Assembly (NCBI GenBank): GCA_965208835.1
Contig: OZ242358.1
Coordinates: 3,072,001 to 3,136,000, forward strand
Length of the DNA stretch: 64,000 nucleotides
Origin: Candidatus Latescibacterota bacterium
GTDB taxonomy: Bacteria > Latescibacterota > UBA2968 > GCA-2709665
Direction: 5' to 3'
Shown: in pieces, positions 56,100-64,000 of the stretch
Numbering within the stretch: the stretch's first letter is position 1
Layout: each line of letters starts with the position of its first letter
Made by a program: the position numbers and the translations under genes
Notes under the pieces: generated by a model
Databases searched by the model: none
Told to the model about the DNA's origin: nothing
What the model saw: the letters and a program-made list of their open reading frames with translations, nothing else

Positions 56100-56261
56100 G
56101 AAGCTGTTTCAAAATTCCCGGCGGTCTTCGCGCGGCTGCAAAAGCGCCGGTCGGCGTTGGTCAAACCCACCCGTATAGACAAATATGGGAGGATTTTCCC
56201 GCCTTGACCGCCGCTTTTTCGCTCGCGCTCGGGAACTCACCGGTAATTTTAAAACAGCTTC
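56100..56261. mobile_element. MITE-like element, family A, copy 3
   Basis: 162 bp, flanked by TAA on both sides; the left TAA is the LysR stop codon. Confidence 0.9.
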
Positions 56262-56339
56262 TAAACCGCCGCCAAGACCGTCCGTCAAATCAAACAAAAA
56301 CCCCGGGCAACGGCCATATGTCGTAGATGAGGAGCCCTG

Positions 56340-56900
56340 ATGTCACTACCGAGCAGGGATGAAGCCTTCCAGCTGTTATGCGAACACACAAAGAACCCGA
56401 ACCTTGTCAAGCATATGCTGGCAGTCGAAGCGGCAATGCGGGCCTATGCCCGCAAATTCGGGCAGGACGAGGATCTGTGGGGCATAACCGGGCTGCTGCA
56501 CGACTTCGATTACGAAAAACACCCCGGTCCCGATGAACACCCGATGGTTGGCGTCCGCATCCTGACGGAAAAAGGATATCCGCCGGACATCATCCATGCC
56601 ATCAAATCTCACGCCGCCTACCTGGGCGTCCCACGGGAGAGCCTGCTCGACCGGGCCCTTTTCGCCGTGGATGAACTCACAGGATTCATCGTGGCCGTTA
56701 CGCTGATGCAGCCTTCAAGGAAACTGACGGACCTGAAGATTTCGTCCGTACGCAGGAAGATGAAACAGAAAGGTTTCGCGCGGGCGGTCAGCCGGGAGGA
56801 CATTCAAGCGGGGGCAGCGGAACTCGGGGTGGACCTGGACGAACACATCGCTTTCGTGCGGGATGCAATGGCCGGCATCGCCCGCGAACTGGACCTCTAG
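56340..56900 (+). CDS. HD domain (HDIG-type) phosphohydrolase
   Basis: KHMLAVE, GLLHDFD, SH, DELTG. Confidence 0.92.
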   Translation: MSLPSRDEAFQLLCEHTKNPNLVKHMLAVEAAMRAYARKFGQDEDLWGITGLLHDFDYEKHPGPDEHPMVGVRILTEKGYPPDIIHAIKSHAAYLGVPRESLLDRALFAVDELTGFIVAVTLMQPSRKLTDLKISSVRRKMKQKGFARAVSREDIQAGAAELGVDLDEHIAFVRDAMAGIARELDL

Positions 56901-56967
56901 ACGGTTTCCGGTATCGCATTTCTTGCCGGACTGCGTTCACGTCGATCCTCACACCGGCGGCGTCTCC

Positions 56968-59900
56968 CTACCGCTTCAACACGTACAGCACCCCATCGCC
57001 GGATGCCGCCGCAATCTCCGGAATGCCGTCGCCGTCCACGTCCGCGGCGACCATCGTCGACAACGCCCCGCCGGTCTTGAAACGGGCCAGCGTCCGTCCG
57101 TCGCCGTTGGCGAGCAGATGCACGACGCCGTCCTCGGTCCCCGCGGCAACCTCGGGTCTGCCGTCGCCGTTGAAATCGCCCACCGAAATACAACGCACGA
57201 CATCTCCGAGATCCGCTCGCCAGACAACGGTCCGACCGTCGCCCTTTATCACGTATACGTTGAAACTCATCGAAGACGCCACCACCTCGTCCTGCCCGTC
57301 GCCATCCATATCGGTGGTGACGACCTGCGTCACCTCATCCCCCGTATTGAACTGCCAAAGGAGCCTTCCGTCCGCGCCCAGGGTGTGAATATGGGTATCC
57401 GCCCCGGCGAAGACCACTTCCTTCATGCCGTCACCATCCAGGTCGCCCGCCGCGGTGGAATTGGTTCTCGGACCGGTCCTGGGATGGTAGGACCACCGGA
57501 TCGCGCCACTGCCGTCAATACAGTGCCAGCGGTGGTATTCCGTTCCGGCAATCACCTCGTCCCTGCCGTCGCCGTCGATGTCCGCCGCGCAGCCGTGGGT
57601 GGATGAGTGTACGGTCATCTGATACCACATCAGCTTTCCATTGTGGGTGAACGCATAGTAACGCCATGACTCGGCTCCAGCGATCACCTCCAGCTTGCCG
57701 TCCCCGTTGATATCTCCGGCAAATACGGTTTTCAGCATTGGCTTTCGGTAGTAAAGAGGGATTTCATAGTCCCACTTCACCTTTCCGACTGCGCTGAGTA
57801 CGTAGACCTTCGTATCCGCGGACCCGGCGATCACCCGGGGCCTTCCATCTCCCGCCAGATCCGCGGCCCACACGGATCTCACCTCGCCCCCTGTGCGGAA
57901 CCGCCAGAGCGCCGCACCGTCGCGCAGCGCGCAGACCGACCCGCCCCGGCCGCCCGCGACCAGCACATCCGATCCGTCCAGCATCAGGTCTGCCGCGTAC
58001 AGCGAGAGAAAAGGACCCTCCTCGGCAAAAGTCCAAAGCGTCTTCAACCGACCGGCACGGCCCCGACCCGGGCGGATCAATGCAGGCTGCGCCACATTCG
58101 AACGCACCGTGGCAGCGGCCGCCCTGCGCAGAGACATCACCGCGTCCGGCACGACGCGGAATCGATGTTCGCCCCTGGGCATCGTAAAGGAAACCATGCC
58201 GTCGGTGACGGATGCCTCCACGGGTTTGCCGTCGACCGCGACGCCCGGTCGACCGTCCGACCACAGGCACAACCTCGTGCCCCGCCCCGCTGTGGCACGC
58301 CCCTCACCACGGACCAGATCGTACTCCACTGACACCGGCAGGTCCGAACGCAACTCAATGCCGCCCCAGGCGACCCGCGTGCCGTCCACGACCGCGAACC
58401 GGGATGGAGAGACCATAAACTGCGCCGCGGCCACGGTGGGACCGCCGGGAATCTCGACGGGAACTTCGGTTTCCCCCACCCCGGCATAGACGACCTCCTC
58501 GCCTCCGTCGACCCGGACAGCCCCTTCCGACAGCCGCGTCAACGTCAGATTCCGTGTCGCCGGTTCACCGCCGCAATAGAGAAGGTTGAAGAACCGGTAT
58601 GTTTCGCGAGTCTTCAGACGTACGTCCACAATCTGCTGAAGGATCCGTACCACCGGCTCCGCGTACGGATAGTCCGTCCAGTTCCTGCCCGTTTCCTCGT
58701 CGTCCTCAAGTTTCAGGGACGGTCCCTTCAATCCCTGAAAAAAGAACCGCTCCCCGTCCTGCTCCACCTGCAGGCCGCCGCCGCGCAAAGCAACGTTGCC
58801 CAGCGTCTGCCAGATCGCTCTGAAACCGAAATCGTCTTCCGACAGTGCTTCCATCTCATCGATGACAAGAAAGAACCGGCCCCGGTTCCACAGGATGTTC
58901 CGGTGCCAGTCCACGCCGCTGTAGTTGCGCAGCGTGGTCTCTGAAAAGCCCGACCTGTCAAAGTTCGCGGCGCGCTCAAGCTCCGCGAACGGCGGGATTT
59001 CGGCGGACTGTCCGTTCCTGAAAACCAGCACGCCGTTGTGAAACTTGGGCAGCGACTTGATATAGTCGCAGTCGGCCAGCCAGATCCGCCGCCGCTGCGT
59101 AATGCGGGATATCGAATTCCCGTCGTAGTGTTTGTGACCTCCGTTCGAGAGCCCGTCCAGAAACAGATACTGCGCCATGGGATCGTACCCGTCCCGGAAC
59201 ACCACCTTGTCGAAGGTCCTTTTCAGTGGCAGATGGTCTTTCCCCTGATTCGACGCGTAATACAGCGGATCCACCGGGAACACCTGCGTACCGTCCAGAT
59301 CCGCCGGCTCGACCGGGCTTACCCGTCTGTGGTATTCGTAAGCCGCGAACTGAGGCTCCACGGCCGTCTTCTTATCGAGCATCCACTGATAGCGCCCGTC
59401 GCCCAGCACAAAAACGGCAGCCCGCAGATAGGGCAGTTCGCTCCACCAACCGAAAGGCGAGGCATTGTCTCCGTAGGGTAGCGCATATCCCAGATTGTCG
59501 GTTGTCAGGACGGCGTAGTCCGCCGCTTTCCGGGCGCACCCGTTCTCGAAGAAATCCATTTCTCCGCTGGAGAGCGAATACCTGGTCAGATGGTAATGAG
59601 TCAGCCACTGGTACCCGCTGCAATCTTCGTGTGGCTTGAACGCCTTCGCCTGAAACCGGAAACACGCTTCGGACAGCGCCAGCCAGGCGTCCGCTTCCGG
59701 CAATCCGTAATACTTGCTGAAATACGTGCCCGCGTAGTGCAGCCCCAATGCGGCAAACGTGGTGTGGTTGTGCCTCACGTGGGGAATCTTCATATCGCCC
59801 ACGTGGGACACGCAGTCGCTGATGAACTCGAACAGGATCCGGGTGATCCGCAGCCGGTCGTCGTCGGAGATCACCGGGCTCTCCTCTACGAGGTCCCAGC

Positions 59901-60666
59901 CCGGCATCACCTTATGCAGCGCAAAATCCGCGTCGAATCCCCAGATGCCTCCGTAGTTGTCAGGATCGGACATCGCGTGCGCGTACATCCGGTACACGAG
60001 ACGCTTGTAGAGCTCGGCGTAGGCGTCTTTTCCCGTGAGCCCGTACAACAACCCCCGTTCGCCTATCCTGCCCCACAGGCCCGTGTGTTCGCCTCGGCGC
60101 AACGCCTCCTCCGCGGCCTCCATCTCCGAATCCACATCCGGATCGCCTTCGAGCTTTGGGATCTGCAATGCGTCAGGCCCGAACCGGACCTCGAAGAGAG
60201 GACCGGTCGAAAGCGTTTCATCCTCCGCAAATTTCCGCAGGAACACGCCGACCGCCGCACGGACGCCCTCCACATCGCTTCCGAACAGACCCACCGCGTT
60301 CTTTCCGTTCCCCCAAGGGTCGTGAATCGTCTGAACGAGATATCCACCGCGCCCCGGATACAGGTCATCCGCCGGGGTATAGTTGTATCCGTAGAGACGG
60401 AAGACCACGCGGTTCGTATTCACGTTCCCGAGCAGAACGAGGTGCCGGTCCGGCTGCGTTTTCGCGTCCACGTCCGACACCAGGGGAATATCCGCGCCCG
60501 AAAGCTCACGGATCGCTGCCGCCAGTTCCGAAGCCAGTTCCCGGTAGCGCGGGTCGTCGGGGCATACGATGGCCGACGCGGGTCTGCCGCGGTCCACCAG
60601 CACCGTGTCCGGGTAGCGTCTCTTCGGCTTTTTCAACTTCCGGAGGGACCCTTTCGTATCCGGCAT
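56968..60666 (-). CDS. Large heparinase II/III-like protein with C-terminal FG-GAP/PQQ-type propeller
   Basis: HNH, EDCSGY, GHKHYDGNSI, FHNGV; repeated DINGDGKLEVI / DLDGDGMKEVV motifs. Confidence 0.75.
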   Translation of the reverse strand: MPDTKGSLRKLKKPKRRYPDTVLVDRGRPASAIVCPDDPRYRELASELAAAIRELSGADIPLVSDVDAKTQPDRHLVLLGNVNTNRVVFRLYGYNYTPADDLYPGRGGYLVQTIHDPWGNGKNAVGLFGSDVEGVRAAVGVFLRKFAEDETLSTGPLFEVRFGPDALQIPKLEGDPDVDSEMEAAEEALRRGEHTGLWGRIGERGLLYGLTGKDAYAELYKRLVYRMYAHAMSDPDNYGGIWGFDADFALHKVMPGWDLVEESPVISDDDRLRITRILFEFISDCVSHVGDMKIPHVRHNHTTFAALGLHYAGTYFSKYYGLPEADAWLALSEACFRFQAKAFKPHEDCSGYQWLTHYHLTRYSLSSGEMDFFENGCARKAADYAVLTTDNLGYALPYGDNASPFGWWSELPYLRAAVFVLGDGRYQWMLDKKTAVEPQFAAYEYHRRVSPVEPADLDGTQVFPVDPLYYASNQGKDHLPLKRTFDKVVFRDGYDPMAQYLFLDGLSNGGHKHYDGNSISRITQRRRIWLADCDYIKSLPKFHNGVLVFRNGQSAEIPPFAELERAANFDRSGFSETTLRNYSGVDWHRNILWNRGRFFLVIDEMEALSEDDFGFRAIWQTLGNVALRGGGLQVEQDGERFFFQGLKGPSLKLEDDEETGRNWTDYPYAEPVVRILQQIVDVRLKTRETYRFFNLLYCGGEPATRNLTLTRLSEGAVRVDGGEEVVYAGVGETEVPVEIPGGPTVAAAQFMVSPSRFAVVDGTRVAWGGIELRSDLPVSVEYDLVRGEGRATAGRGTRLCLWSDGRPGVAVDGKPVEASVTDGMVSFTMPRGEHRFRVVPDAVMSLRRAAAATVRSNVAQPALIRPGRGRAGRLKTLWTFAEEGPFLSLYAADLMLDGSDVLVAGGRGGSVCALRDGAALWRFRTGGEVRSVWAADLAGDGRPRVIAGSADTKVYVLSAVGKVKWDYEIPLYYRKPMLKTVFAGDINGDGKLEVIAGAESWRYYAFTHNGKLMWYQMTVHSSTHGCAADIDGDGRDEVIAGTEYHRWHCIDGSGAIRWSYHPRTGPRTNSTAAGDLDGDGMKEVVFAGADTHIHTLGADGRLLWQFNTGDEVTQVVTTDMDGDGQDEVVASSMSFNVYVIKGDGRTVVWRADLGDVVRCISVGDFNGDGRPEVAAGTEDGVVHLLANGDGRTLARFKTGGALSTMVAADVDGDGIPEIAAASGDGVLYVLKR

Positions 60667-60795
60667 GGGTTCGTCCTTTCAAATCCGTCGTTTATCGCTA
60701 CATGCGCCGGATCCTGTTCATCCGCCGCGAATTCGGCCGGGTGGCCTGTTCCGGAAACAGATTGACGAATGGTGACATATATCCCGATACGGACA

Positions 60796-61491
60796 CTATA
60801 TTTCCACGAACTTTTCAAACAGGAACAGCCCGATCAGCAGAAAGGCCAGGCCGGAGAGAACCGAATAGACCATCAGTGCCGGTCCGGTCGCAAGATTCCC
60901 CTGCAGACCGTACACGAAATAACCCGCCAATGTCAGATAGATGATTACGCACAAGACAAACGAAGCGGCCGTCGCGAGACCTCTCAGGCGCGCGGCCGTG
61001 TACCGGGCGCCCTCGACGGCCGCTACGACACCAAGGGACAGGACCGCGTAGGATACCAGGAATCCCGCGGTGTATCCGGAAACCGACGCCGGCGTGACCC
61101 CGAAAAAAACCAGAATCTGAGATACCTCATCCCCCGGGTCGCGCGCCACGACGGCATAGACGCCTGCACCGGCAATCGCGAACAGCAGGAGGCCGATGCT
61201 CAGAATCGCGGCAAATTTGCTCAGACACACAACTGCTGCACGGATGGGGAGCGCGAACAGCAGATGGGTTGTATTGCTTCGCCATTCCCCATTGATCGAA
61301 GAAGCCAGCAGGAATGGCAGGACAAACATGATCGCCCAGAGGGGCAACGCCGAAAGAAACAGGGCGATCACGTGTGTTTCAACGGACAGGAGGACCCATG
61401 CCTGCAGCACCAGGGTACCGATGGCAAGGATGCAGGAAAGATTCCTCACGTCCTTTAACTCCTTTAAATACAGAGTAATAACCATCTTCAT
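60796..61491 (-). CDS. ABC-2 type permease
   Basis: About 6 TM segments; EWRSNTTHLLFALPIR...SK. Confidence 0.8.
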   Translation of the reverse strand: MKMVITLYLKELKDVRNLSCILAIGTLVLQAWVLLSVETHVIALFLSALPLWAIMFVLPFLLASSINGEWRSNTTHLLFALPIRAAVVCLSKFAAILSIGLLLFAIAGAGVYAVVARDPGDEVSQILVFFGVTPASVSGYTAGFLVSYAVLSLGVVAAVEGARYTAARLRGLATAASFVLCVIIYLTLAGYFVYGLQGNLATGPALMVYSVLSGLAFLLIGLFLFEKFVEI

Positions 61492-61509
61492 GCGCCGTTT
61501 CCCCTCGCG

Positions 61510-62199
61510 TCAGGCAACCGCCGTTTCGAAGATCTCAGATAGAGACTTCCCGTGTTCCTGTTGCAACTCGTCCGACCGACCCGAGATATACACTTCACCG
61601 TCCCGAAGAAACAGCACATCTTCGATAAATGGATCCACTTCGGATACAAGGTGGGTTGAAATCAACACCGTCTGTTCCGGATGCCGAAACTCGTTGAAGA
61701 GAACGTCCAGTATGCGCCTGCGTGACGGCGGATCGATACCCCCGAGGGGTTCGTCCATCATCACCACTGCCGGGGACCAGGAGAATGCGGAGACCACCTT
61801 CAGCCTTGCTCGCTGTCCTCTCGAGAGGGCGCCCACCTTCCGGTCTTCCGGCAGATTCATGAATTCCAGCAGCCGCCGCGACCGTACCTGATCCCACGTG
61901 GCGTGGAAGGCAGAGAGGAAGGCCAGCTGTTCTCCCACCTTCATCCGGGAATAGAACGGATCGATCTCAGGCAGATAGGACACCACCGCCCTTGTGGCGA
62001 ACCCCGTCGGTACCTCGCCGATCCGCGCCCGGCCTCGTGTGGGCCGCGTGACGCCGGCGAGAATCCGGAACAACGTACTCTTTCCGCTTCCATTTTCTCC
62101 CAGCACACCCATCACCCTGCCGCGTGCCACATTCAGCGACACGCCCCTGAGCGCCCACGCACCCGGGTATTTCTTCCACAAGTCTTCGACGTAAACCAT
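61510..62199 (-). CDS. ABC transporter ATP-binding protein
   Basis: GENGSGKST, LSRGQ, MDEPLGG, STH. Confidence 0.95.
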   Translation of the reverse strand: MVYVEDLWKKYPGAWALRGVSLNVARGRVMGVLGENGSGKSTLFRILAGVTRPTRGRARIGEVPTGFATRAVVSYLPEIDPFYSRMKVGEQLAFLSAFHATWDQVRSRRLLEFMNLPEDRKVGALSRGQRARLKVVSAFSWSPAVVMMDEPLGGIDPPSRRRILDVLFNEFRHPEQTVLISTHLVSEVDPFIEDVLFLRDGEVYISGRSDELQQEHGKSLSEIFETAVA

Positions 62200-62218
62200 C
62201 CGTGAACAATCCCGAATA

Positions 62219-62258
62219 GAAAAACGGCCGCCCCGGTACCCAATCCAGAAGCGGCCGA
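62219..62258 (-). terminator. Intrinsic terminator after ferritin gene
   Basis: Minus strand CGGCCGCTTCTGG...CCGGGGCGGCCG followed by TTTTT. Confidence 0.7.
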
Positions 62259-62304
62259 ATTCAGATCGCCACCCGAGAAGCTGTTCCTGAACTCCCAGGC
62301 GGAT

Positions 62305-62784
62305 TCAGCGCATATCGCGATCGATCAGGAACAGCCCGTATCGATCGTCACCCACCAGTTCCAGCTTCTTCACGATAGCGCGAAGCCGGGCTTCCTCCTC
62401 CACCTGTTCGTTCACGAACCACTGCAGGAACGTATTGGTCGCATGGGCACGATTTTTCATGGCCAGATCGACCAGATCGTTGATCCGCCCGCTGGATTCC
62501 TGTTCCCGCCGGTATGCCTCCGAAATCGCGTCCAGCGGCGAACGCCAGTCCGCAGGTGGTTTGGAAATCGACTTGAACCCGACCGGCGCCTCCCGTTCGT
62601 GCAGAAATTCGTAGATCTTCATTGCATGCGCCATCTCGCGCGTGGCCTGCTTTTCCATCCACCTGGCAAATCCGCTCAGATTGACCGACTTGAAATAGGA
62701 GGACATGGCCAGGTAGGTATACCAGGCGAGGAATTCACTGTTGATCTGTTCGTTCAGAGCGGACTGAATCTCTTTGCTAAACAT
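62305..62784 (-). CDS. Non-heme ferritin
   Basis: ALNEQINSE...YLAMS...E..HAMK...FLQWFVNEQVEEE. Confidence 0.95.
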   Translation of the reverse strand: MFSKEIQSALNEQINSEFLAWYTYLAMSSYFKSVNLSGFARWMEKQATREMAHAMKIYEFLHEREAPVGFKSISKPPADWRSPLDAISEAYRREQESSGRINDLVDLAMKNRAHATNTFLQWFVNEQVEEEARLRAIVKKLELVGDDRYGLFLIDRDMR

Positions 62785-62915
62785 CAGCTCCCCCACTGTC
62801 TTTTCCGGAGACGTACCCGTGCTCCCGTTTCTCAATGAGTACACGGCTGCCAACGGCGGACCCGAGTACGTACCGGAATGTAGATTCGACACGTAAATCG
62901 CTGCGCCCCAAGTGC

Positions 62916-63269
62916 CTATTGGGGCTGAGGAACCTTGCAGCAATCCGGCAGATTGGCGTAGACCGCGCTGTCGGCAGCCGCCTGATTCGCCTGATAACCC
63001 GCCCCGGTGATTGCCTGTTCCAAAGCCGCCACATCGGTACGCGACGCATCGTAGGTCACGCTGACAACCTTGACGTCCATGTCGACGGCGACCTCCGATA
63101 CGCCGTCCACTTTCTTCAATGCCTTTTCTATATTATTCGCGCACATCATGCACTGCGCCGTGGGGACGTTGATTCTGGTCGTACGGGTCTCGGCCGTGGA
63201 ACAGCCGGAGACGGCGAAGAGGGAGAACACGAACACGCTGGACAGCAGTAAAGAAACGGATTTGCGCAT
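62916..63269 (-). CDS. Heavy-metal-associated (HMA, MerP/CopZ-like) exported protein
   Basis: Signal/lipobox VSGC; QCMMC motif; C-terminal LPDCC. Confidence 0.88.
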   Translation of the reverse strand: MRKSVSLLLSSVFVFSLFAVSGCSTAETRTTRINVPTAQCMMCANNIEKALKKVDGVSEVAVDMDVKVVSVTYDASRTDVAALEQAITGAGYQANQAAADSAVYANLPDCCKVPQPQ

Positions 63270-63360
63270 GGATCTATCTCCTCTGGAGAAAGGGAAGGAT
63301 TACAGCCTTCCCGGACCGTGATGCATGCAACAACGAATATATGACAACACCTGTATATAA

Positions 63361-64000
63361 TCAACTCTCATGTTTCAGCGATCGGCCTTTCCACAATGCA
63401 TAGACGGCGGGAATCACAATCAGCGTCAGCACCGCGGACGAAGCGACGCCGCCCACCATCGGCGCCGCGATGCGCTTCATCGTCTGCGACCCGATGCCGT
63501 GACCCCACATGATGGGAAGCAACGCCAGCAGCGTGGTGAGCACAGTCATCATTTTAGGCCTGACGCGCTCCACGGCGCCGGCCATGACCGCCATTCTCAG
63601 GTCTGAAGTACTCATCTCGCCTCCCCGCGCCTTGCGGATGCGATCGTACGCGTGATCAAGGTAGACCAGCATGACCACACCTGTCTCGGCCGCGAGACCG
63701 CCCAGCGCGATGAATCCGACGCCAACCGCAACGCTCATGTTGTAGTCAAGCAGGTACATCAACCAGATCCCGCCCACCATCGCGAACGGCAGAGACAGCA
63801 TAACAAGAAGGCTCTCTGTAATACTCCTGAAGTTGAGATACAACAACAGGAATATGATTCCAAGGGTGAGAGGCACGACCAGTTTCAGGCGCTCTTCCGC
63901 CCTCTGCATATACTCGTATTGGCCACTCCAGGTTACCGAATAGCCAGGCGGCATCGACACTTTCTCCAGCACAGCCTGTTGCGCGCGCTTCACGTAGGTG
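63361..64000 (-). CDS. cusA: CusA/CzcA family heavy-metal RND permease, 3' part
   Basis: WSGQYEYM, SVAVGVGFIAL.G.AAETGVVM, GAVERVRPKMMT, KRIAAPMVGG; 5'-partial. Confidence 0.9.
   Translation of the reverse strand, partial: TYVKRAQQAVLEKVSMPPGYSVTWSGQYEYMQRAEERLKLVVPLTLGIIFLLLYLNFRSITESLLVMLSLPFAMVGGIWLMYLLDYNMSVAVGVGFIALGGLAAETGVVMLVYLDHAYDRIRKARGGEMSTSDLRMAVMAGAVERVRPKMMTVLTTLLALLPIMWGHGIGSQTMKRIAAPMVGGVASSAVLTLIVIPAVYALWKGRSLKHES

Noticed and set aside
1-64000. CRISPR array, tRNA, rRNA, integrase, reverse transcriptase
   Set aside because: No regularly spaced repeats, cloverleaf/T-loop signatures or catalytic motifs seen by eye.

Overview
GC-rich bacterial chromosomal window with no rRNA, tRNA or CRISPR array detected. 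The gene content (two ankyrin-repeat proteins, a PhyH dioxygenase, two heparinase II/III-like lyases, a TPR protein, rhamnose isomerase) resembles that of marine sponge-associated heterotrophs; this is inference only. Housekeeping genes include accD, aroQ, a mannose-1-P guanylyltransferase, ferritin and a CusA-type RND pump. The most notable region is a ~14 kb defence locus (28.0-41.9 kb) built on a type I restriction-modification system. Its HsdM is fused in frame to a PIN (VapC-like) ribonuclease domain. Downstream of hsdM is a scarred array of paralogous PIN/small-partner cassettes, a three-way chimeric ORF, a second decayed hsdM 3' end, and a RAYT transposase with REPs. A candidate HEPN RNase gene splits hsdS from hsdR, hsdR is translationally coupled to a vapBC operon, and an OLD-type ATPase-TOPRIM nuclease and an HNH nuclease follow. 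The left end holds a second candidate defence pair (ABC-type ATPase plus PD-(D/E)xK-like protein) and a decayed MNT-HEPN module. Three different MITE-like families share one internal motif, and the multi-copy ones keep a fixed orientation relative to transcription. All calls come from motif reading by eye; no database searches were run.
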